From Paraphysomonas bandaiensis (taxonomy: Eukaryota > Protista > Chrysophyceae): a DNA stretch of 64,000 bases. The stretch is taken from assembly GCA_965644295.1 (NCBI GenBank), contig CBFFRP010000119.1, positions 1-64,000 of the forward strand, in the 5' to 3' direction. The notes under the pieces were generated by a model that did no database searches, was not told where the DNA came from, and saw only the letters and a list, made by a program, of their open reading frames with translations. Below, in pieces: positions 13,613-28,402 of the stretch. The translations under genes were made by a program, and so were the position numbers. The number at the start of each line of letters is the position of its first letter. Position 1 is the first letter of the stretch.

Positions 13613-14360
13613 TTCTGGTATATTTCAGTTGTCCAATATTTATTTTGTCTTTTTAAATTTGTATGTTCTTTACTACTATGTAAATATTCCAAAAATATTT
13701 GTAATACAACCACCAATATATATATAGCATCTTTACCCATTATTTCATGTATTTTATGTGTTAACATAATATGACTATTATATGCTCCACATCCTAAAAT
13801 GATGCTATATGAAATTCTTTTATCTTGACTTGATCGAATATATAATCTAATGTTTCAAAATAATTGTTATAAGGACCGTTATTAAAGAAACAATATGGGA
13901 TAGTAACAATATACATACTTTCTGAATTTCTGGGAATCCAAGTTCTAATTTATATACATCATTACCACTATAAAACTGCTCTTCAAAGATGGTACTGAAA
14001 GCTGATATATATAATAAGGTAAAAGAGTATTTAATTAATAATACTGGTATACGAGATGAAAATTTTGTATCATTTAATAAAGTAAAATTGATAATGCCGT
14101 TGAATCAATTCTTTAGTTTGTTCATATATAATGACTGATTGAACCATCGTGAAAACAGAATTGTGCTTGCTCATAATCCTTTTTTATCATAATATAGTAT
14201 CCACAGACCAATTCATCAATGATAAAATATTTTTACCTATAGCCTTTTTAATATTAGGATTTAATTGTCAATGTTTAGAAGCCCAACAAGTTAAAAACAA
14301 CAATCCTGATTTTCTCATACATAAACGAACTATTTTCATTATTAAAATGAAGTAAGAATA
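13613..14360 (-). pseudogene. Decayed glycosyltransferase-like gene (GT-D-like family, glycan-cluster type)
   Basis: Hand translation across frameshifts: LIISAFSTIFEEQFYSGN..YKLELGFPEIQ..TIPYCFFNNGPYNNYFETLDYIFDQVKIKEFHIA/ILGCGAY..MLTHKIHEIMGKDAIY/IGGCITNIFGI...NKYWTTEI; no introns, very AT-rich. Confidence 0.6.
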
Positions 14361-15010
14361 GCTATTAAGCATCTTACTATAGGCGATGGAGGTGTTATTA
14401 CTCTACCAAATCAAGAACTATATGATGATAGATGTAAGCTTTTGCGTTGGTATGGTATTGATCGTGTTAAAAGAAATTATAAGGGTAAAGATTTTAGAAT
14501 GGAAAATGATATTGTGGAATCTGGGTATAAATTCCATATGAATAATATTAGTGCTACAATTAAGTCGAGGTAATACCAAAACCTGTTAAATCGATTTCAC
14601 CAGGTTTCATATCTAAGTATTGAGTTATTATTTTACTCTAAATTGGTCTACACAATCTACCACATATTGATGGATTAATTGCTAAAGATAGGAGTAATGC
14701 TGCATATTATGATGAATATTTGCAAAATATTAGTGGTGTAAAATTGTTAAAACATTATATGGTGAACCTGCTTTCTGGTTATAATATACTATTCGTGTTG
14801 ACAGAAAATACGAATTTATTAACTTTATGAAGGAAAATAATATTATGACAAGCCAAGTTCACAGTAGAAATGATATTACTAGTGGTGTAAGTGCATATGT
14901 TGAGGAATTACCTAATCTTACAATTGTAGAGCAAGATATATATCGTGTGTATTCCCGTTGGTTGGTGGTTAGAACACGTTGTTAGTAAGATTAACGAATT
15001 TTTTGCTTAA
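14361..15010 (+). pseudogene. DegT/DnrJ/EryC1/StrS PLP-dependent sugar aminotransferase, C-terminal half, decayed
   Basis: AIKHLTIGDGGVITLPNQELYDDRCKLLRWYGIDR...DIVESGYKFHMNNISATI / GLHNLPHIDGLI..RSNAAYYDEYLQNISGVKLL / FWL*YTIRV..FINFMKENNIMTSQVHSRND / VCIPVGWWL; contains frameshifts, a stop and an 83 bp insertion. Confidence 0.85.
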
Positions 15011-15526
15011 AATAAATATCACTATTAATATTTTTATCATCTATAAATAAATCATACACTGGTCTATTCATTCGTAGTTCGTGAAATTTACAATTCCACG
15101 ATAAAAGTTGCTTATACGTTGTTTCAAACCAATTTATTTGTGTAAGAGTACCTCGCGCCGTCCAATAAATAATAATATGACCAGCATTATATATATAAAT
15201 TATTAATGAGTATTATAGCGGTATAGAAAATGTTGTATGTCACACAGGTTTAACTGTTGAATCTATAAATTTTATGATCAATTATGTAATTAATGGAAAT
15301 AGACAGACGAGTACAAAATTAAATAGGGAATAAATCTGCAAACATAACAACACCAAGCTTTGCAAAAAATACAATTTTTGCATACTGTGCTAATGACTGT
15401 GCCACTCAAGACTTGACAGTCCTCGATTGCATATTGAACATTCAAAAGGCGAAGAATCTCATTCGCCGTGTTATAAACTTTTCGATAGAAACAAGAGATT
15501 CGTAAGATACATACATTATTACGAAG

Positions 15527-18500
15527 TTACGCTTTCCGTGTAAAGAACGAGACCAATGCCTTGGCATTTGCAGGGCCTATTAATGGCACCAACTGCTCAG
15601 TAGTCATAGTACTCAGTTGCGCAATATCATTGACATTATTCATAACTGTGCGAAAATTTTGGTTGTTTATACCAGGAAGAGACATCAGCATATCTTGCGC
15701 GCTGGCCTGTAATTCCAACGAGGCGAACGCATCGTTCTCACCACTTTCATTCCCTACTACAGATCCTGATCCACCATCACTTCCTACAGAGGCAGCTATG
15801 TCGGCATCAGGTTCTTCGAAACTGGACTTCAGAGAACGAAATATATCAATAGTAGCATGCGCTGACCTAAATTGCAGATTATAACGACAGCACACAGATG
15901 TTCACACAGTTACCGGGACCATAGAATCGACAAATTAGGAAATGCTAAAGTCAATAGACTTATTTTGGAACAAATATTACTCATCTATAAGCAAAAAAGG
16001 TTAGTAAGAATCAGCCTGAAATATATGCAACACAAAAACCTGTATATCGGTGGGAATGTCGTCGACGGCTTGAAGGCTAAAAGACCGCTGTGTTGAAAAT
16101 TCAATAAGCAAGCAGCACAATTCGTAATGACGCCCCATCTGTTCAACTTGCGAGTACAATCGCCCAGAAGCAAATGATTGAAACAGGTCAGATATACCCT
16201 TTCGCTCCACGCATACCTGTGGTGACAAAATATAGTCACCCACCTGAAAGTTATCACCAGTCGTGAATCGTAATAGTAGCACAGAACATATAACTACACC
16301 AGTAAAGTAATCGGCTGCAGTGAAAACGAGTTCAAATGCAGTAATGATGGCAACGACGATCCGAACTCACGCATGTCAACTACAATCGTTGGTTTGGCTG
16401 CTCCATCTGCAACACGTCGACTTCTAATACTTCTGCTGTCACCTGCTAACCCACCATCATCACCCACGGACATACATAAAGCGGGATCGTCAGGTAGTGT
16501 AACAACCATGTGTGCTTTTTTGTCGATCAAATCTTCGAAAGACTTCTTCTCTCGTTTGAGAGCTGCGATGTACCTGTGCTCCTCAATGCTATCCTCATAC
16601 ATGAGAAAATACACCTGATAAGGATCTCAGGTACAACGAAATTGAAAAACTTCACTACAACCTTTACACGCACACCTCGCTTCAACTGGTAAGTTTCAAT
16701 GAGACGTATAGTCGCGATGTCCGCATCTACGATTATAATATTTTCCGGAGACAAGTCGTCAAATGGATTACATGAGGATTTGCAGTCGGCGTGTGTTAGG
16801 AATGATACGTGCATAGAGGGGTCCAATACACGACCCAACAATTCATTGTACTCACTGGAGTCGCCGTCAGTCTCTCTAGGGCGCTTTTTGTTCTTCCGGC
16901 AGGTATCCGACACACCTCGTTCTTCACTACTATGGTTCTGTTTCACTGTGAACATGGTTCCAGCTGCGCTGGTTTCTACCATCAGCGAGTTGCTCTGAAG
17001 TGCCCTCTCCAGTACTAGCATCATTTTTTGATCTGATCGCAGCTTGTTGAAGTCCCGGTCAGATATAGGAGCAGATGATTCATTGGATGGGTTTCTTCCT
17101 CGACTCTTTCCACTCGACATTCCCTGCCTGATACCTGTTGCTTGATGGGTCACAAAAAGTCGCAGTTTGTTTTCCAGGATCCCGCCACCATGAGGTCTAG
17201 GATCTGCCAAAAAGTCTCTCAGTTGGCAGAGTGCACGCTCGTCTCTCACTAGCACTACAATTCGAGAGAAAGCGATACTCGTATGACAGGCATCACCATT
17301 TTTTTCAACATTGCGCTTTTGGCGAATTTCCTCCATAACATCCTTCCACATATTTAACAGAGCATGGAACATTTCAGCCGCCCACCTGAACAGCTATCCA
17401 CTTCGCCGGAACCTCCACCAGAGGCAAATATATAGAGTTCATGTCCTCAGCCACCTGTACTGAAGGCGCGTCTGCGTAGAATATAGTAAGTAACACTCTC
17501 ATGTGGGAAGCTATATAAACATACCTTCCGAGGGTACAACTTTGAGTACTCGCTCCCGGCTGCAACGAAATAAATTATCAGCCACGCTGGAGGTTAGCCA
17601 CAATGAGGGTGTCTGCTGCGTTGTAGCTGCGGACCTGGCAAAAGACATACGTCATGCGCGAAGCGACAAGTTCAGAACGTATAGGTTGCGCACTTCAATG
17701 TCAGGAGGTATGAGTAGAATGTGATAGCATCGTAGCGAACGAGGTAGTCCAGTAATTCCCTCAACGTTTTAAGATCAGCCACAAGCTAATAGCAGCCAAC
17801 ACGTGAGCACCGTCAAATAAATTAACTTCTCAACCTGCTTGGTACGCAGACTAAGTCTGTGCCATTCCGGGTCCAGTTGAGCCCTGTTACACAGTTAGGT
17901 CAAAACAACTCAATGTGAAAGGTTTCCAACCTGATAGACGCCTCGAAACTGTGAAATATGCCATTCTCTAACGTCATTAGTGTAGGATCTACTTGAGGGG
18001 TTGACCTACGTAAAAAGGCCACAAAAGTTACTAGCCGCGAGAGACAGGGCGTATATAGATTCATAGGACCTCTTCAGCTCTTGCATGCATGTGTCAAGTG
18101 CAGCCAGAATGGCTGTCTGTACTTCGGTCATTGGGGTCGGCATCGGAATAGATAATTCCGTAACATCAGGTTCTTGCGCAGCAGATGTTAATGCTGAATG
18201 CACTTGAAAATGAAATCGTGGCCATAGGTATAGTTTCTTGACATACAAATGCTGCAGCAGCCTCTCGAGCTAATTGAACAGGAGCACCTCAGCATCCATT
18301 ACCAGTAGGAAACCAGTTCACATACCTTTCCTAAGCCAGTACAAAGCCTTTCAGGGTCGTCAGAAAATGCCTTACATAACTATCTTAGAACAAAAACTAG
18401 AGTTATTATCAGTACCAACACCTTCACAAAGCCCGTACGATTATCCTGTTTAAATACCCTCAATATGAAGGTCTCAATAGACGTCTCTGTAATTCTATGA

Positions 18501-18874
18501 GCATTGTAGACAAGAAATCCACTAATTTGAGTTGGGTTTACTATGCCCTTCAACAGGTCATTTATTATTATTCGAGATGTTGCTATAAAACACCCTCCAT
18601 GCGAGTACATAGTGCGGCGATCACTGACAGGCATGTCACCATATATAATTTTAGGCAAACCATCTGGCGAAGCACCGTTCGATCTCAACGAATCCGTTAT
18701 CCACTTCTCTTCGTCAACTGCACCCAAACAAAAGACTGTCTTATGGGCTCTGGGACACGCATACACCTGCACGAATCTCGCATAGAGGTCCTTGACACCC
18801 ACACCCCGACCCATCACACACAGACCATCCTCCCGATACAACTCCTCGAACGAAGTTCGAAGGTAGGCATTCAT
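15527..18874 (-). CDS. ERCC4: DNA repair endonuclease XPF/ERCC4 (Rad1), multi-exon
   Basis: EDGLCVMGRG, TSRIIINDLL, AHRITETSIETFILRVF, LYLWPRFH, YEDSIEEHRY..LKREKKSFEDLI, IVVDMREFGSSLPSLLH, VGDYILSPQVCVERKGISDLFQSFASGRLYSQ, C-terminal HhH LMSLPGIN. Confidence 0.95.
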
Positions 18875-19252
18875 CGTATCCACTGGTTGCGTTGACGTCT
18901 GTCAGGTCAAATACAACCACTGCGAGTGCTTGCTTTGGTGTGTACTCCCGGTGCTGCTGTATGATATGAGTGATCAGAAAAAGAAAAGAAAGAAGAGAGG
19001 AGGATGTGTACAGCAGCAGCAGTGGAGTATTCAGTATCGTGGAGTACATATGCTTAAGTACATTTCTGCTCCACCCTGTATTAACGGTATACACTGTACG
19101 TTGAGGTACAGCAGTATATATAATATCTGTAATAATACAGACATACATACTGGTGGTTCGGAGTGATATCTGCATGGTGCTGGTGGATGATGACTCTTCG
19201 CTCAACAAGATAGATTAAAACTGCTCATGACATACTGACTTCCACTGAAGCG

Positions 19253-20135
19253 ATGAAACTTCTCATTTCCGTAGACGATTATGTGCGAGGGACTTATCTG
19301 AACGAAGACATTGTGTTGACATGCGCATTTATTTACATTGCGCTGTGGTGCTGTCAAGGGATTTTGACTGCTCTATTGGCTGTAGTGGGGGGTGAGATAT
19401 GCGGAAAGGCTTCCCATCGGGGAGTTCTGTCTCGCCTTTTTGTTGATACTATCGCCATGGCGATATGTTCCTTACTCGGTTATCAGTGTTTCGTTGATAT
19501 GGGTGGCCTGATGTCACTTACTACTGGAAACAGTGTTGAGAGGTTATATACGTATTACCCTGGAGTGCAACGTCTTTTATTGTTTCAGCTTGGTTATACT
19601 TTCAAGACTGTTGGTGATGCAATATTCTATAAAGGTAAGTGAGTCTCTGTCGACAGCTATAATGTTCGGTACAAGTGACTTGCGGTTTTCAGATGGTATT
19701 ATCAGTTTAGTTCACCACATTGCAACTGGAGCTGTTGTTGGCCTCGCACTTCATCCTTTTCTCCATACACATGCTGTTTTCTTTGTTGGCCTGAGTGAAA
19801 TTTCGACGACGCTCTTGTGTATTGTGATCTGTTTTCAGAAAGATAGGGGCGTCCCTCTCCTAGCCGAAAGATATCCCACTGTGGATACTGCTGTTGGTAT
19901 TGCGTTTTCGATTCTATTTGTGTTCTGTAGAATTATTTTATGGGGATGGTACAGTTACTATTTTTGGACAGATTGCCTGGACATTCTTAGTTCGAATTCT
20001 GCTCATTCTGTTAGCGTCGTGATATGGTACCTTGTTGCGAACACATTTTTGTCTCTCCTTCAAGCGTTCTGGCTGATACAAATATTTAAAGCGGTTCTTG
20101 ATCTGTTTGTTGGGAAAAAGGCTAAAAGTAGCTAG
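19253..20135 (+). CDS. TLC-domain membrane protein (2 exons)
   Basis: Multi-TM; LVHHIAT, FFVGLSEISTTLL, FSILFVFCRI, LQAFWLIQI; one GT-AG intron ~19635-19692. Confidence 0.8.
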
Positions 20136-22532
20136 TCTTTATTCTTTGCTCATGCAAGTGTATGTAAAGTAATTAAGTGATATATGGCCAAGGAATGGGA
20201 AGTGAGTAGCTTCTTTGAAGGAAGAGTGAGAGGAACATACCGTTGGTATTTGGTTAGGGTTGTGTTGTGTCAATTTTGTTGTAATAGGTTTTACACAATG
20301 TATTCAAATTTAACATTGCTCTTACGCATACATAGATTAGTGTCACATAAGACATATTCTACATGAGAGCAGGGTGGGGGAACAACGAACTATATGTAGC
20401 ACATAGGAAAAATGGGTGAATTAGAAAAGTATGTATAAGAGTGCGAAGCAGTGCAGTTAGTTATATGATACGAGAGGTAGATAGCAGTCATTGTCAGATC
20501 AGAAGATATGAGTATTAATGGGGGGTGTATAGGGTTGGGGGTTGGAATGGTGTATGAGTTTCCGTAAATATGGACTACTGACGTTTATGGTTTATGGTAA
20601 CCCGTACAGTATTATGATAGTATACGTAGGTATTCTTTTAGAATGATATAAGAGTAGGTACGTACTTAGTTTGTAGGATATTAACACGTGTTTTTAACAA
20701 AAAAACTACCCATAAACCATAGGTTTTCGAGAACCACTGTATTCGTCCACCATAAGTAAACAATATGCAAAAGTGGGAATTTTAAGATATTTATCATAGT
20801 TTTAAGTCTCATAGGACGTAACAGAAGCGCGTTAATGCTTACCAGCAACCTCACATACGTATCCTCCTCACATACATACAGAGTCCACGCATAGAGTACT
20901 ACTCGTACAAACGAATACAAATACAGTCCCTGCAGCAGTATAGTATAGTACAGTATACCGTATACGAGAAATACTCCTAAAAAACGTGGGAAAGAAAAAT
21001 CCCACGATTGCATAATGTTTACTTCATGTTTGAAAATTTAAAATTTAAATAGTGTGATATAGAATTATTTAATAATTCATTATTATTTGATAATATATAT
21101 AAGCTAAACAATGGACACTTCTTCAGTTTCCAATGACACGGACGGGTCTGTTGACCCTCAATAGGAAGCAGATATTGATGATAGCGAGTAGCGAGTCACC
21201 AACTCTTGGATCAATTGAAGGTCGACGCTTCATCTTGAGTGAATTTGTTATATATGTACGGAAGATTTATGCGTAGAAGATAAGAAGCGTTTGAAAGAGC
21301 AGGGATTGTTCATTATTGCTGTTGGGAATGCGGCTCATTTTTCCATGGTGAGATGAATCTGTTAAGTTTTGCTGTTTGTGAGCAATTAAATGCCGTAGTT
21401 TCTAAGATATTTGAACTATAACCGTTACTCAAAGAATCAGTACAGTAGTAGCTAACAGTATTATGAGAGCCAATTATATGATAGCTATTGTAGTACTGAA
21501 CCTGAAGTATATTGACTGTACAAGATAGTGACGATATAAGATCGTACTAGAAATGGTTGGTGTGTAGTAGAGATAATCGAGTTGGTGAATGACAATGAAT
21601 GATGAATGATATATATTATTATCTCTTATAAATTTATAATTTTCTGCTTAAAGTGTTTATCTACTAAGCTTTTTCTTACAAAGTTCAACTACTAATTATA
21701 TGTCGATATCTAATTATTTCTATATTATATGATTATTTTTGGAAGTAGAAAACTTCATACAGCAGTTGGAAAACTGCTTTAGGTATATTCCAGATGTTGG
21801 AAAATGGGGACAAGGGTATGGATTTTTAGATAATATAGCAGATTTGATAGTATTAAGAGTTCAGTTATAAGTGTTTGTTACAAGAAGACTTTAGCACTGT
21901 TTTCTACCGTACATCGTCTGTACACAATGGAAGAGAATGATACAACTATAAGTAGTGTAGGACACGGCGCACCAGAACTAGACTACTCTGATAGATTCAT
22001 GCACGAGATGAGCATGAAAGACTCGGACGTCCTCGGCTGCTCTTGGTGTCTCAGTTAGTGCACCGGGGGTATACAGCTTGTGTGTGGGAAGAAAGGTGAT
22101 GACAAGAAGGTATCAGAGACGAAAGTAGAGAAGGTAGTTTGTCCGGAGGTTGTCGAGGAGGTGGAATGTAAGGTGTATGGGTAACAGCAGTGCAGTGGGT
22201 TTTTATGTGTGTTGGACAGAGAGCTGGTGGGGGGGTTCGAGAACCATCGAAATAATATTATGTCAAACGTTGATACTACAACAAAACAAGTTTAAGGTTT
22301 ACGTGGAGCAACGTTAACTTCAGCGAAAAATTCCAATTCCACCAAAAGCCTCATCAGTCGTATATAATATATTAGAACATCATTACTGTTACTGCTATTC
22401 GTGCACCAAAACTGTGGTAGAAACTAGCTTCATTCTCTCAGACTACTAATTAAGAGCCACCAAGTAATAATAATGAGATTTTCTTATATATTATAATAAT
22501 TATATAAAGTATGCGATTCATATAGGACAATT

Positions 22533-23650
22533 CCCTCAACAACGAAGTCGGACTTGCACCTTTTCGTGGTGTTAAAACATAGTAGACAGCAGATACCGTT
22601 TTGCCCACTCATAGCCGAATGTTTCTGCTACTATTTGGGCCCTGACGAATTAACAGACATCTAGGACTGGGCGCACCTGAATATGGTCATTGGGGTATTG
22701 TGCGCTGCCTGCTGAAGTCAAGCATCCGGGCTGTTCACCTTAAGGACCCTCAACAAAGTCGGACTCGCACCTTTTCGTGGTGTTCTGGGGATAAGTAACG
22801 GAGAAATATCTCCTGGAAACTAACGTGAGCCGCATATATATAGTCAGCAGATATTGTTCTGCCCACTGCTGTGTTGTACAAGAGGGATAATAATAAGTGT
22901 GGACGTCCTTGGGCCTTGACGAATGAACAGGCATCCGGGACTGGGTCCACCTCAAAGGTAACCAGTAATATCCAGGGTATTAGACTGCAAGCTGGGAAAG
23001 ACGTTTGGAGTCATTCCGGAGGGAATAGTCTGTGGCGGCAGATGAAACACTCTGGTTCTATTCCCGATGCCGCCACATTGATAAAAAGGCGTTTTTCTGA
23101 AAAAAAAATGGAATTCAAATACTGTTAATGCTAGGCTTGGACCACATTAACACGCATGAGAGTTCCAAACCATTAGGTTGCACCTTGGTGCTTGCGGCGA
23201 CGCACAAGCAGCTTCTGTAGCGTTAAATAGTAGGATAATAGAATTTGTGCTGATTAGTTATGGGTAGAGGTCTAACTAGTAGACTAGTATTCAACTAGCC
23301 GCTATATCGGAACGAGTTTTTAACGCCTATTGCTAAATAAAAAGACATTCAATATATACTGCAAGCTGAAGTCATACATCCGGGATGTTCACCTTAAGGT
23401 CTCCAAAATCCTGAAGTTAGCACAGATGTCAGGTAGATATCAATATTTTGCTTGCTCATTGCGTTTTCTTTGAGTGATAGAGCGAAAGTGGTTGCACCTT
23501 GGTGCTTGCGGTGATGCACAAGAAGCTTTCGTAACGTGAAATAGTAGGATATCAGAGTGAAGCACTAGTTTGTTAAATTGCAATTCTAAATTAGTTCTGA
23601 CTCTCAAACGCCTATTGTTAAATAGAAGATATTCACTACTAAGAACAATC
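22533..23650 (+). mobile_element. Cluster of tandem/nested family A retroposon copies
   Basis: Heads at 22533 (internally deleted) and 22747; 3' segments at ~23177-23359 and ~23360-23650 matching the other copies. Confidence 0.85.
22747..22831 (+). ncRNA. Candidate HDV-like self-cleaving ribozyme (Pr77-like head of family A)
   Basis: CCCUCAAC-AAAGUC-GGACUCGC-ACC-UUUUCGU-GGU-GUUCUGGG-GAUAAGUAAC-GGAGA-AAUA-UCUCC-UGGAAA-CUAAC-GUGAGCC gives the order P1,P2,P3,L3,P3',P1',P4,J4/2(CUAA),P2'. P1 has two mismatches and L3 lacks the usual P1.1 cytosines. Confidence 0.6.
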
Positions 23651-23967
23651 CAACCAGTATATATATTCAACAGAAATATGTGATATTATTTACTATACGG
23701 AGTGCTTAGTACACAAGCATTACTCTAGCACTTCTATCGGTAACTCTAAACCAGTCTGCTTCTTGACAACCCTTAGAATCGATTGTGACAGCGAAATAGT
23801 CTCGTAATCAAACGCTATGTCTACTATAACTTAACATACCACTCTTCACTTGACCTTTTTCCAGAATATCTGAATATTTTATTGCTACCACCTGCTTCAC
23901 ACAATACCACAGAAATTGATGTGCAGTGTCGTAGATGTGACTTTATTGAATACGTTTAAACCCAGCA

Positions 23968-26125
<2,158 letters not shown>

Positions 26126-27579
26126 TGCGTACGAAATAAAAAACAACGACTAGTGTTAGGCGCTATTACAATGGTTAACTAGAGCATAGGTATGCCTGAA
26201 CAAACATCTACACATGAGATGGAATCACCGAAATATGAAAAATATACTCCTCGGTAAATGCTTGCTATGTGCTATGCGGACACCTTGCCGGTTGAGGGAA
26301 CCACGTAGTAGAAGTATATGGTATGCACTGGTCTCGACACAGCTGTGCGGTATATTTCCTTGGTTCCATACGACACAAACCTCCTGCAATATGTGCATAC
26401 TAGTAGAAATTTTACGAAAAAATGAATGGTGGTTTAAAAATCAGCTCATTTTGTGTGCGGATCTCGCATACACAAAAAATACAGAAAATTCCAACCAATA
26501 GGTTCCAGCGGCAAAAGCACACGCCTTAAAAAATACAAGATTGGCTTGTGTGTGATATATTGGGCTACCCTCCTGCCTGTTAGCTACACTCGAAATGATT
26601 ATTAGAATATTGGCAGGACACAAATTCTTCTCCAGAGTGAGTAAGGATTTATATATGTTACATAACCAAATATAGCAAACACCATCTGGTCAAAGTACAT
26701 CATGTCACACGACTTATCATACACTGAAAGCCTCCTGGATTCTCAAGAGAATATGATTGCGAATATTAAGTTGTGGCTTTAAGTTTCCAACAAAGGAAGA
26801 GGAAATATCCGCCTGAAGATTCAGATGCCTCGGAATCCAGGCACTCAAGATCCATACACCTTGAGTATGCACTCTGGGAAGAGAATGTTGACTGGGAGGA
26901 CTTAGACCTGGATACTCCTGAATAAGATATACTAGACGCACAGAAGTATGTGCAAGGCATTGGAAGAGGATTATACAATCCTATTTCTTCTCAAGCGATG
27001 AAAGTGTAATTTCAATTCTACCCATAAATGAGTTTACTACATTAAATTTAGTGAACTACAGGTGGCGTCTTTCCACAAGTGATTCAGCTGATTATATGTA
27101 GATTATATATAGGCTAAGTGGGAAATGCAAACCTTCATTAACCAATAGTTCATTATATATACCTACTCACGCTGAGATCTTGTGGAACTATGAATGCGAG
27201 GTGATAAATCAGCAAACAATTAATCATGTTAGTTTAATCCAATTCCTAACTTCGAGTACTAACAGAACTTTTATAATAGCTGTGTTCTGCAGGACTACGT
27301 CTAGTGTATTATTATGGGATATCGTGTTGATATTGGTATTTCCTTCAGGGTACTAGGGGATTCTGAGTGTCACAATTCACAGAGATGTCTCTGTATCATT
27401 CACAACCGATCATGTTAGTTATGATATTACTTTAGAATTAAGAATTTATATGTATGTGTGTAGATAAAAATGCTTACCCTACACAAAAACACACAAAGAG
27501 AAATTTCCCGGACAGTCCCCAACAGTGGTCAGCGCTCAGGTAATGATTGAATGATGGTAGCAACGTGCAATGGAAATCT

Positions 27580-27664
27580 GCTCACGTTAGTTTCCCGGAG
27601 AAATATCTCCGGTACTTATCCCCCAGAACACCACAAAAAGGTGCGAGTCCGACTTTGTTGATGG
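27580..27664 (-). ncRNA. Isolated copy of the HDV-like/Pr77-like head
   Basis: Reverse complement of the 22747-22831 motif with a perfect P4 CCGGAGA/UCUCCGG; downstream sequence does not match the family A body. Confidence 0.6.
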
Positions 27665-28402
27665 AACACAACATACACTTTTGTGTTTTTCTCGCCTGAT
27701 GAAAGTAGCTTCATTCTTCATTCTATAAAATAATACATTATATTATTTAATGATTTCAGAGACTATACTATTTCTATTCTAAATCTGTAGTCACAACATA
27801 TCCCCATGATATTAGATGTACTACTATTAGAGTAGCGAGTAGCCATACTCCATACTAGTACCATATACATTTATTATAGAATATTGAAGATTATAGCTTA
27901 GCCGACATGGTTGAAGCATACAATAATATTATGTTATCGTGATACTACATATACTTATAATATATATCTCATGAGTCAATGTACTATAGAATCTAGAACC
28001 ATATAACTGCGGGTGTAACTGCTATTGTGGCCTACGATGCTATGTTTGTTATAGTGCACTCTCGTTGGGTGGAGCGGTTGATAAGCATGTACAGAGTATA
28101 CGCCACCAATCACATTACCCAGAACTTATGAATATCGGCAAATTGAATACCACATATATATAATATTATCTTACCATTAATGCAAATAAGAAGTGCGCAA
28201 AAGAATCTATACTCAACACAAAAGACCTAGCAAACATACAGCCATATATACTTCTCATACAAAGTAGCTAAAACCTAGTACCTGCCACCCCACTCTTCAG
28301 ATGCAGAGGTTCTACAGTACCACAACTTGAGCATGCATCTCTTACAGTGCCACACACCAAATTGAGCTGCCAAGAATACCGACCCCATTTTACGCGGCCT
28401 CT

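Noticed and set aside
14084-14091. Mimivirus early promoter AAAATTGA
   Set aside because: Lies within the opposite-strand pseudogene, is expected by chance in AT-rich DNA, and also occurs elsewhere (4735, 53521)
21363-21415. Shared ~25 bp agttttgctgtttgtgagcaattaa with 42723-42747
   Set aside because: Probably debris of another repeat, too short to classify
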